Below are positions 42,119 through 50,302 of a stretch of DNA of 64,000 nucleotides, piece after piece. A program made the position numbers and the translations under genes. Each line of letters starts with the position of its first letter. Positions within the stretch are counted from its first letter, which is position 1. Source of the stretch: a virus (Duplodnaviria; Heunggongvirae; Uroviricota; Caudoviricetes); the IMG/VR virus record IMGVR_UViG_2775506858_000003, positions 1-64,000 of that record, one strand, 5' to 3'. A model generated the notes under the pieces. It made no database searches. It had not been told where the DNA came from and saw nothing but the letters and a program-made list of their open reading frames with translations.

Positions 42119-42291
42119 ACTGTGCCAATCGTTGCTTCAATTCATTGTTTTCTACTTCCAGTTTTGCGATTTGTTCAAATGCGTTATCCCACGATGCTCC
42201 TACGAAGCCGGGTGTGTAACTAAAAACTGAAAGCTGTTCAAAGTCAGGATGGTTTTCATCATAAACATGAGTCACATAACTGGTCATTAGT
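42116..42291 (-). CDS. small hypothetical protein (58 aa, MTSYVTHVYDENHPDFEQLS...), below the track cutoff
   Basis: Manual translation of the minus strand. Confidence 0.25.
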
Positions 42292-42486
42292 CTATTTCCT
42301 TTTCTGTCGATGGTGACGCTTTTTGAGGCTTTTTGATTTGGAGCGCTTATTAGGCTTTGAGTTTTTAATTCTGGAGTTAATCGAACTTAAACCAGCTTTG
42401 TTATTGCAAAATCTTTCTGATAAGTGACTGCAATTAGCTCCAGCCGCTAAAGATAAGGCTGCCGCCAAAAATGTAATCTCACGCAT
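42292..42486 (-). CDS. small basic protein with signal-like N-terminus
   Basis: ORF. Confidence 0.25.
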   Translation of the reverse strand: MREITFLAAALSLAAGANCSHLSERFCNNKAGLSSINSRIKNSKPNKRSKSKSLKKRHHRQKRK

Positions 42487-42608
42487 TTTTCATCTTCTGC
42501 AATGGCGGCAAAAAAATAACCGCCGGTGGCTTCGGCGGTTGGGTTGGTGGGGTGGGCTTGGGGGTGTTTAATAAGTCGCGTAGGGTGGCGTTGAGCTTGT
42601 CTATTGAG

Positions 42609-42953
42609 TTAATTTTTATTCTCCTTGCTGTTTATTGCCTTTTTTTCGCTCTGAATTTCAGCATCCAAAGCAATTACACTTTCACAAATTTTTTTAAGTG
42701 AATGAATAGATTTTATATCAGTGGAGTGGATACCAAAGTGAAGCATATTAGGTATGGAAGGGTTTTCACTTGTTGGCTTCTCCTTGAGGCCTGTAAAGCC
42801 AATCATATATTCGCCATCAGCCGCCATTCCTGAAATTGCACATTTATCTTCACCTAAAGATAAAATTAGTGTGCCATTTGGTAAAAAGTTTAGTGGGCTT
42901 TCAGCATGTTCATTGATTTCCTGAAACCATGGTTCTAAAGTATTTTGCATCAT
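42609..42953 (-). CDS. hypothetical protein
   Basis: ORF with ATGA overlap to rdgC. Confidence 0.35.
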   Translation of the reverse strand: MMQNTLEPWFQEINEHAESPLNFLPNGTLILSLGEDKCAISGMAADGEYMIGFTGLKEKPTSENPSIPNMLHFGIHSTDIKSIHSLKKICESVIALDAEIQSEKKAINSKENKN

Positions 42954-43852
42954 TGCACCTGTAATCCCTGTAAATGCTCGATTAACTCATGTATTAAGAG
43001 ACTCAAATTTTGGGTCATGATGATTTGGGATGCACTAAATAGTGTTTCCATATCATCGCCTTGATTTGCTGCTTCTTCTTGCAACATGTCCAGATATTGA
43101 ATGCGCTTGAAACTCAAATCGTCATTCAATATAAATCGAATTTGTTCATTCCAAACCAAACCTAATTGGGTGCATATTTTTCCATGTTCCAAGTGTTGTT
43201 TGACTTCTTCTGATGTTAAATCAGACTTACTCGCTTTAATAATTGGAGCTGCATCACCAACACCCATCAATTCACAATCACTGTCTAATTCAAAATTACC
43301 TGCAGCCTCACCTTGTTCTAACCATGTTGTCATTAAAGTGGTTGGAGCCTGTACTGTACGTGGTAATGTTGCCGGCAATCCTCCCAAGGCTTGGCGCAAT
43401 TGGCTGATAAAGTTTTCAGATTTATTGCTATTGCTTTGATTCACGATAATCAAGTTACCTGGTACATCAATAACTGCCTCACTGTAACGTGAGCGTGTGA
43501 ATGCGCGAGATAACAAATCGTCTGTGATTTGCTCTTTCAATTCCATTTTTTCTTTGCGGCCGACATTGCGACCATCGGTGGCTTGGATTTCGGCTACTTT
43601 TTCATCCAAGATTTCACGTATAACGCTTGCCGGTAATACTTTGTCCTCTTGTCGCAAACTCAAGCGCCAGCTATCTTGAGCATTGAATACCAAGTCTTCA
43701 CGAAACGGCATAGCACGTTCAAAGCCTTCGCTTTTCCAATCTAAACCTTGGCAAGGCTTGAAGCGTGATTCTTCCAATTTCATTTGGATATCATCCAAAT
43801 TCAATCCGGTATCTTGGGGTAATACAAAAAAGCTTGCTTGCTTAAACCACAT
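42950..43852 (-). CDS. rdgC: recombination-associated protein RdgC
   Basis: MWFKQASFFVL... N-terminus and ~300 aa length typical of RdgC. Confidence 0.8.
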   Translation of the reverse strand: MWFKQASFFVLPQDTGLNLDDIQMKLEESRFKPCQGLDWKSEGFERAMPFREDLVFNAQDSWRLSLRQEDKVLPASVIREILDEKVAEIQATDGRNVGRKEKMELKEQITDDLLSRAFTRSRYSEAVIDVPGNLIIVNQSNSNKSENFISQLRQALGGLPATLPRTVQAPTTLMTTWLEQGEAAGNFELDSDCELMGVGDAAPIIKASKSDLTSEEVKQHLEHGKICTQLGLVWNEQIRFILNDDLSFKRIQYLDMLQEEAANQGDDMETLFSASQIIMTQNLSLLIHELIEHLQGLQVQ

Positions 43853-43874
43853 TTCATTTCCTTAATAAAAAATA

Positions 43875-43900
43875 CCGCCTGTTGGCGGTGGGTTAAAAGT
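43875..43900 (-). terminator. terminator (CCGCC-AACA-GGCGG + T-run on minus strand)
   Basis: Direct reading. Confidence 0.55.
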
Positions 43901-43917
43901 CTTTAATTTAATGACCA

Positions 43918-44304
43918 TCAAGAACTGCGGTCATTCCAATGCTTATCAAATTCAGGTAAATGCATTGGGTGCCAGCACGTAATTTCATAGTTTTGGGCAT
44001 CTTTGCCGATAATTACTTTAGGTAACCATATTTGCTTTGTACGTATAACAATCAGTGAGTAGGAGTCAGGTGGTGTTTCACCATCCTCGGTGTATAGCCA
44101 ACCGTCTCCACGTTGATTGGCAATGTGCTCACATAAAGTGCTACCAACGTGTCCGTTTGCTGTTGAGTTCAGTTTCGTAAATGTGTAACCACTCAAGAGA
44201 TGCACAACATGAGTATCTTCATTTTTACAATGATGCAATTCCCACTTATTTATTTGGGTTTGTTTACCACTTGCATCAAAGCGGTTAATCCATACGCTTC
44301 TCAT
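43918..44304 (-). CDS. hypothetical protein
   Basis: ORF with ATGA overlap to the phosphatase. Confidence 0.35.
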   Translation of the reverse strand: MRSVWINRFDASGKQTQINKWELHHCKNEDTHVVHLLSGYTFTKLNSTANGHVGSTLCEHIANQRGDGWLYTEDGETPPDSYSLIVIRTKQIWLPKVIIGKDAQNYEITCWHPMHLPEFDKHWNDRSS

Positions 44305-45029
44305 GTCGCACCTTTCAAATATGAAATTTGGTGATACGTATCATCCTGAACGCAGTAGCATGTGAGTAATTGACCAAAAACCACACCTGTATCAATGAAG
44401 TATGTGTTTCCAAGTTGAACCACTTCTGAATTGACGGTATGCCCAAAGAAAATCTTATCAATGCCTTCAATGTTGAAAGTATCTTTATGTGAAATTCGGC
44501 TTCGACCCCAAATTGCAAGGATTTGAGAAGCACTCGACTGTTCTAGATTTCTCTTGAAACAATCCCAATAATAAGAATTGATATCGGCATGAACTACGCC
44601 AATATTTCCAGATGCGGTTTCAATTTCAATTGCATAAGGTAAGTCCTTGAGTAGGTCATATAAAATAAGGCCAGATTGTTCATCTAGCCTTGTTGCCCAT
44701 TCACCGCCGTTTTGGATATACAGTCCAATATCAAATAACCTTAATTGACATTGAATAAACATATTTTCATGGTTTCCCATCACACTGTAAAACCAAGGTT
44801 CTGTGAGTAATCTTGCGCATTTCAAACTATCCTTTCCTCGGTCAATTAAATCACCGCAAGCAATCATTCTATCTTTGCATTTATCAAACCCGATTTCAAT
44901 AAGCATCCTTTGAAACTGTTCATAGCAACCATGCAAATCACCAATGATGTAGTCTTTACCACTTTGATTTTGTGGGAGGTGTAAGGTTTTACTCATACGA
45001 TTTTCGTTCCCAATAGTTGACTGTAACAC
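44301..45029 (-). CDS. Ser/Thr protein phosphatase (lambda PP-like metallophosphoesterase)
   Basis: GDLHGCY, GDLIDRG, GNHE motifs. Confidence 0.85.
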   Translation of the reverse strand: MLQSTIGNENRMSKTLHLPQNQSGKDYIIGDLHGCYEQFQRMLIEIGFDKCKDRMIACGDLIDRGKDSLKCARLLTEPWFYSVMGNHENMFIQCQLRLFDIGLYIQNGGEWATRLDEQSGLILYDLLKDLPYAIEIETASGNIGVVHADINSYYWDCFKRNLEQSSASQILAIWGRSRISHKDTFNIEGIDKIFFGHTVNSEVVQLGNTYFIDTGVVFGQLLTCYCVQDDTYHQISYLKGAT

Positions 45030-45198
45030 CAGGTAAGCTAGGCTTTAAAACCTTCATCGCTGTGCAATTCCATTCTGAAAAATCTACAGTTGGGAAAAAC
45101 GTATCGCAGTGATAGTGCTTATCAAGGTTTGTTAGAACTAAGTGAGTCGCATGTGGTAAGAATTGCTCGTAAATGCTCGCTCCGCCAATGATGACCAA
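44989..45198 (-). pseudogene. folA: dihydrofolate reductase 3' fragment (C-terminal ~70 aa only)
   Basis: LVIIGGASIYEQFLPHATHLVLTNLDKHYHCDTFFPTVDFSEWN aligns with E. coli DHFR [45 protein letters not shown]; upstream part of the ORF is unrelated (antisense to terminase). Confidence 0.6.
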
Positions 45199-46293
45199 TT
45201 CTTCCGTTATTGGCAAATGATTATTGTCGATGAGGCATCTGGTGTAAGCGATGAGCATTACAACGTAATTACTGGTACGCAAACCCAAGACGGCAACAGG
45301 ACGCTTCTTTTCTCTCAAGGCACAAAAACAGTCGGCTATTTTTACGACACACACCACCGCCTTAGCTATATCAATACATCCATTCATGATGGTGGCTGGA
45401 TAAATCTACGTTTTAGTTCAGAAAATGCACCACATGTCACTCCGCAATGGTTAAGAGAGCGCCTAACGGAATGTGGTGGCCGTGATTCAAATGAATACAA
45501 AATTCGTGTGCTTGGGCTTTTTGCTGAAGACGATGAAAAAACACTGATTAATCGAGTGATTTTGAACCGTGCAATGGAGATGAAGTTACCGGCAATACGC
45601 GATGATGAGGCATGGGGATGGTTTTTACTCGTTGACGTTGCTGCTGGTGAGTACCGTGACTTCTCCGTGTGTGTATTAGCGCGTGTCATTGGTAATGGCG
45701 GAACATTTGAAGAAAACCCACGGCGAGTTGAATTTGTAGGCCTACCAATCTACAGCAATAGCATAGATGTAAAACAGTTCAAAGGCCGAATCATAGAAGA
45801 ATATAGCAAGCTATCAAATGCCCGAATCCTTGTTGATGCTGGTGGTACCGGCTTGCAGCTTTGCAAAGACCTTGAAGATGAAGGTGCTGATGTTGTCCGT
45901 GTTACATGGGGTAACCCGTGCTTCTTGAATGAAAATAAAAAGCGGTTCATAAATCTTCGCGCCCAAGCCATGGTAGGCCTACGCGATGCCATGCGTGATG
46001 GTTACTGTCGCTTCCCCCAAAACTTAGATAAAAAAGTGAGGGAAACACTGGAATTTCAAGCTACACACTTGCCGTATTCTTTCACTGAGCAAGTGCGGTA
46101 CCAAATGCTAAGCAAAGACAAGATGCGTGCTCAAGGAATTAAATCTCCCGACATCATCGATGCAATGTCTTTTGCGTTCCTTGAACGTATTTACTTCAAC
46201 GTAAGTGACCGGTCTGGGGTTGGTGGCGCAAAAGAAAAACGATTATCAGCACGCGAGCGATTGCAGCAAAAAATGGCAGAAGCGGCAAACTAG
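45163..46293 (+). pseudogene. terminase large subunit, N-terminally truncated (Walker B IIVDEAS at residue ~20, nuclease domain intact)
   Basis: Acidic nuclease-like motifs LLVDVAAG, ILVDAGGTG, IIDAMSF; no Walker A or upstream ORF. Confidence 0.55.
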
Positions 46294-46478
46294 GAGAGGC
46301 AATGATTAACCCTGTTTATTTGTATTTGTTTTGGGTTTCTTGGATGGTTTGGCTATAATTTTACAGATGGTATTTTTTTATTAAGATATTGATGGTCTAA
46401 ATTTAGAAGAGGTTGAAATTATTGTAGTTACAACTTATGATAAGTGCATTTACATAATTTATCATTAAGGTTAAATTA

Positions 46479-47081
46479 GTGGCATCCAAAAAATTCCCAA
46501 AAAATAAATCTGGAAATTCTTCTAATAATCCGGCTGAAAAACAAGCATCAACTTTAAAAATAGTTGTAGGATGTTTAGCAGCATTTATAGCATACGTTAT
46601 ATTGTCTGTTTGGAGCGATTGGGGTGAAGATAAGCCCAATACTGAATCGACTAGCCAACAAGTTAAACCTGTTCCTCAGGCTCCAGTGCAAGAAGTTAAC
46701 TCTGCTTCTGATAGTTCAAAATCCGTTGCTCCACCTGTAGTTAGTAAACCAGTTTTTTCAGATATTGAGATATGTAAGGCTACTAATGCAATTCTTTTTG
46801 GCAGAGATGTGAAAATAATGAAAGTAGCCAATGAAAAAGATTTAATCATTTACTATCTTCGACCTAATGATAATAGTAAATGGTCAAATCAATGTAAGAT
46901 TGAAGGAAATTCTATCGTTTGGCGTTCTGTCCAGCCAGATGGTTCGTTTGGTAGATGGAGAACTGATGCAGAAGATGAAAAACTAAGTTTTGTTATTGAA
47001 GGTGACAAAATTACGATTACGAAACAGTATTCGGATGGTTCAAATTCTGCAAAAACATATCAAAAGAAGCAGTTTAAGTAA
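46479..47081 (+). CDS. membrane-anchored hypothetical protein (GTG start), AT-rich
   Basis: TM helix aa 25-47, Pro/Ser-rich linker; terminator follows. Confidence 0.4.
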   Translation: MASKKFPKNKSGNSSNNPAEKQASTLKIVVGCLAAFIAYVILSVWSDWGEDKPNTESTSQQVKPVPQAPVQEVNSASDSSKSVAPPVVSKPVFSDIEICKATNAILFGRDVKIMKVANEKDLIIYYLRPNDNSKWSNQCKIEGNSIVWRSVQPDGSFGRWRTDAEDEKLSFVIEGDKITITKQYSDGSNSAKTYQKKQFK

Positions 47082-47083
47082 AC

Positions 47084-47113
47084 AAAAACACCACCAAATC
47101 GGTGGTGTTTTGC
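47084..47113 (+). terminator. terminator (CACCACC-AAAT-CGGTGGTG + TTTT)
   Basis: Direct reading. Confidence 0.65.
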
Positions 47114-47128
47114 TATTGTCGATTAATA

Positions 47129-47395
47129 TTAATTTAGTTGATAGTGTTTCGATAGATTGAAGAACTTTGAATCATTAAATGAATTTATTATGCGATGGTC
47201 TTGTATTGGTTGAATCCATTGCGATAACAATTCTTTAGATACTGTATCCAAAGAGTTCCACCAAGGGATTGAGAAATAGGTATTTTCAGAATGTTTAACT
47301 ATAAGTCCAATCAATATTTTTTCAATACTGTCAACTGATTGTGATATTAATTCTGAGAGCCAATTTTGGACAAAAGAATCATCATCTTCATCCAA
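47129..47395 (-). CDS. hypothetical AT-rich protein; region 47395-47890 looks degenerate
   Basis: ORF; downstream frames broken. Confidence 0.25.
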   Translation of the reverse strand: MDEDDDSFVQNWLSELISQSVDSIEKILIGLIVKHSENTYFSIPWWNSLDTVSKELLSQWIQPIQDHRIINSFNDSKFFNLSKHYQLN

Positions 47396-47891
47396 AAAAT
47401 TATTATGTATCGTTTATCAGATAAAGATATTGAATTTATTGAAACTGATATGACCAATTTATCATTAACAAAATCTTGAATTTTTGTATTTGTAAAGGAG
47501 TACTTAGGAAGCATTGCAAAACTAGTGAGAAGATTATTCTTACCTACACCCTAAAATATATAGTGTTTTATTTTTTCATGTTCATTTTTAATAAGAATAC
47601 TATCGTACTTATCTTTTTCTAAATTTTTGTCTATTAGCTTCTGATTGGAGCTTTCTCTAAAATTCTCAAAATTCTTGTGTTGCTCTGAATTAAGTTGCAT
47701 CTCTTGTGAAATTAACTGTAAAAACTCATCTTCATGTAAAACTGAGTTTTGAATTCTATACCATTCATTAACTACAGCTCTGTAAGATAATAAAAAACAT
47801 TGATTACTAGATAAAATAAATGGAGAGTTTTCAATTGGTGAGAATATTTGTGCATCATGGATAGAACAGAAGCCCTATATTGGGACAGTCA

Positions 47892-47944
47892 CACTTGCTT
47901 GCGGTTTGATTTGGTTGAAATTATGAATGTTCAACAGACCCTAG
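47892..47944. mobile_element. solo IS end remnant (53 bp, inverted copy of the left end of the IS at 49533)
   Basis: rc of 47892-47944 matches 49531-49583 with about 4 mismatches. Confidence 0.6.
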
Positions 47945-48008
47945 ATTTGCAAAAAAACTAAAATTATAATTCATACGTATTTTATAAAAAACTCTGGGAA
48001 AATTTTGT

Positions 48009-49382
48009 ATGAAAGAACAAATATACTTTACTTTTTTGTCGATAAAATCTTGTGCAACTTACAAAATAGAATTTAATCCTAATACATCAAACAATTCATT
48101 GATTTACTTTATACAAGATTTCATTCAAACCTTTAATGGACAAGTATGTTTAACGCCCGAAGGTAACAGATTGGAAATAAATTGCTATCAAAAAAATACT
48201 TTAGAACTTCAGGCTAAAGTTTTAAAATTAGTTAATCGCAACAAAAGTAACCAGCCTGTAATAAATAAGATAAATGATTTTATAAAAAAATTATCAATCA
48301 ATGAACATTTTTTTATTTTACCAGTTGATTCAGCATCTATTCCATTAAAAAATCAAATTATGATGGCAAATGAATTAATGAGTTTAAACAACCCATCTCT
48401 AGACTATAACGATTTAGAAAATAGCTTCAATAAATTATTTGGACATATTATTGAGAAATACAAGTCATTTAGCCCCTCAATAGAAAAGAAAACCAAAATT
48501 GGTAAAGGACTAAAAACAGATAGAGTCTGTCGTTTTTGTCATAAAGACTCATCTCAAACATCATTTAAGAAAATTGCTCACGCAATTCCAGAAGCACTTG
48601 GCAATAAAAATATAATTCTAAACGAAGAATGTGACATTTGTAATGAAAAATTCTCACAAACTCTAGAAAAAGATATTTTAGTTTATTTGAGGCTTTTCAA
48701 TACATTTTATCAAGTGAAAAATAAAAATAATAAAGTCCCAAAAATAAAACAAAGTAATTTTGAGATGGTACATATTAACCCTAGTCTTGAAGAGAATAAG
48801 GAAATAATTGAAAAGGCTAAAGAGATATCAGAACATCCGTTCAACCCTAACAATTTTTTTGTAATTGTTTCTAGACAGAATAAAGATTCTTCAGCGCTAA
48901 GTGATACTATCCATTTTAAACCACCTACTATTTCATTTGATTCTGACGAAAAAATTATCTTACAAAATATATATAAAGCTCTAGTAAAGTTTGCATTAAG
49001 TTGCATTAAAACAGAAGATCTAGAGGGCTTCAAAGAAACATTAAATTGGATTGCGGATGAAAATTTATTTAAAGAAAATTTACCAAAAGTAGCTGTCTTA
49101 TTAAATCCAGAAAAATTGGAATTACATCCAAGTATAACCATTCATATAAGAAATGATGATGACACCTCCTTACCATATGCAGTGGGTGAATTTCACTATA
49201 CTACCTTTGTATATGTTTTTATAATTCCAACATTTAATGGAAAAGAAATTGAATTTAATAAATTCAAAGATTTCTTTAGCTATTATCAATTTGATAAACT
49301 TCCTTGGGTTTTTAATGACTTTAATGATTCAACACCAAGAAAACTTTCTTTGAAAATAAACTTTGAAGAAAATAAGAAATAA
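48009..49382 (+). CDS. AT-rich orphan protein with central HNH-like nuclease motif (CxxC...HxIPxxxGNxN...CxxCN)
   Basis: RVCRFCHKDSSQTSFKKIAHAIPEALGNKNIILNEECDICNEKF around aa 170-215. Confidence 0.5.
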   Translation: MKEQIYFTFLSIKSCATYKIEFNPNTSNNSLIYFIQDFIQTFNGQVCLTPEGNRLEINCYQKNTLELQAKVLKLVNRNKSNQPVINKINDFIKKLSINEHFFILPVDSASIPLKNQIMMANELMSLNNPSLDYNDLENSFNKLFGHIIEKYKSFSPSIEKKTKIGKGLKTDRVCRFCHKDSSQTSFKKIAHAIPEALGNKNIILNEECDICNEKFSQTLEKDILVYLRLFNTFYQVKNKNNKVPKIKQSNFEMVHINPSLEENKEIIEKAKEISEHPFNPNNFFVIVSRQNKDSSALSDTIHFKPPTISFDSDEKIILQNIYKALVKFALSCIKTEDLEGFKETLNWIADENLFKENLPKVAVLLNPEKLELHPSITIHIRNDDDTSLPYAVGEFHYTTFVYVFIIPTFNGKEIEFNKFKDFFSYYQFDKLPWVFNDFNDSTPRKLSLKINFEENKK

Positions 49383-49547
49383 TTTAAAATCTGATAGCTA
49401 AACCAATAGCTATCAGATTTCTTAGAGTTCTATTGCTCACTAGAAATATATGAAAATAAATTTTCCCATCTATTCCAAATTTATTAAGTTTAATCTCACA
49501 GGATTATTGTTCAATAATTCGGTTCATAAATAGGGTCTGTTGAACAT

Positions 49548-50069
49548 TCATAATTTCAACCAAATAAAGCCACAAGCAAGTGCCTCAGTGCCAATGTAAC
49601 TATTCAACAGCTTGTCGTAACGGCTGGATAATGCACGGAAATGTTTTAAATTAGCAAATGTGTTTTCAACCACATGCCTTGTCTGATAAATCAACCAGTT
49701 CATATGGGAATTGCTGGTTTTGGCATTTTTCTTGCGCGGAATATTGGCTTGAACCCCTCGATAATGAATCAGCTCTCTAAACGCTTCAGAATCATAGCCT
49801 TTATCCGCATTTAATAACTCGGTATCTTTCAAATCCAAGAGTTGCAGCAGCATGGGCGCTATTTTAATATCGTGGGTGAGTCCGTCACTCACAATAAATT
49901 CAAGCGGATTACCATGTGCATCAACAGCCAAGTGTATTTTTGAGCTGTTGCCACCAACACTTTTGGCAATGCATTGATGGTCGCCACCTGCTGAGCCAGC
50001 GCTGCTCTGATGTGCTCGAACATGAGTGGCGTCAATTGAGATCCACTCCACATCAGAATTCTTAATCAA
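49548..50069 (-). CDS. IS5-family transposase OrfB (DDE domain)
   Basis: HLAVDAHGNPLEFIVSDGLTHD typical DDE_Tnp_1 region. Confidence 0.75.
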   Translation of the reverse strand: MIKNSDVEWISIDATHVRAHQSSAGSAGGDHQCIAKSVGGNSSKIHLAVDAHGNPLEFIVSDGLTHDIKIAPMLLQLLDLKDTELLNADKGYDSEAFRELIHYRGVQANIPRKKNAKTSNSHMNWLIYQTRHVVENTFANLKHFRALSSRYDKLLNSYIGTEALACGFIWLKL

Positions 50070-50302
50070 TCTTTTGAATAATCTGTAAATAACCCTGATG
50101 ATGACCAGCGTCTAACTGCTTTAAATACGGTATTGGGTTTGCCATAACAGCTGGGTAAATACCGCCACTCGCAGCCTGTTTTGAGGCGATAAATGATTCC
50201 TAAAAAGGTCTCTTTTAAACTGGGTTTGTCATAGACATTTAAATCTAGGAGAATGGGCTTTAGCTTCAGCCATTGCTCCTCTGTGATGATGGTTGTAAGC
50301 AT
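50066..50302 (-). CDS. IS5-family transposase OrfA (N-terminal HTH part; probable frameshift fusion with OrfB)
   Basis: YRLKTGCEWRYLP...FKAVRRWSSSGLF motif of IS5-family N-terminal domain. Confidence 0.7.
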   Translation of the reverse strand: MLTTIITEEQWLKLKPILLDLNVYDKPSLKETFLGIIYRLKTGCEWRYLPSCYGKPNTVFKAVRRWSSSGLFTDYSKD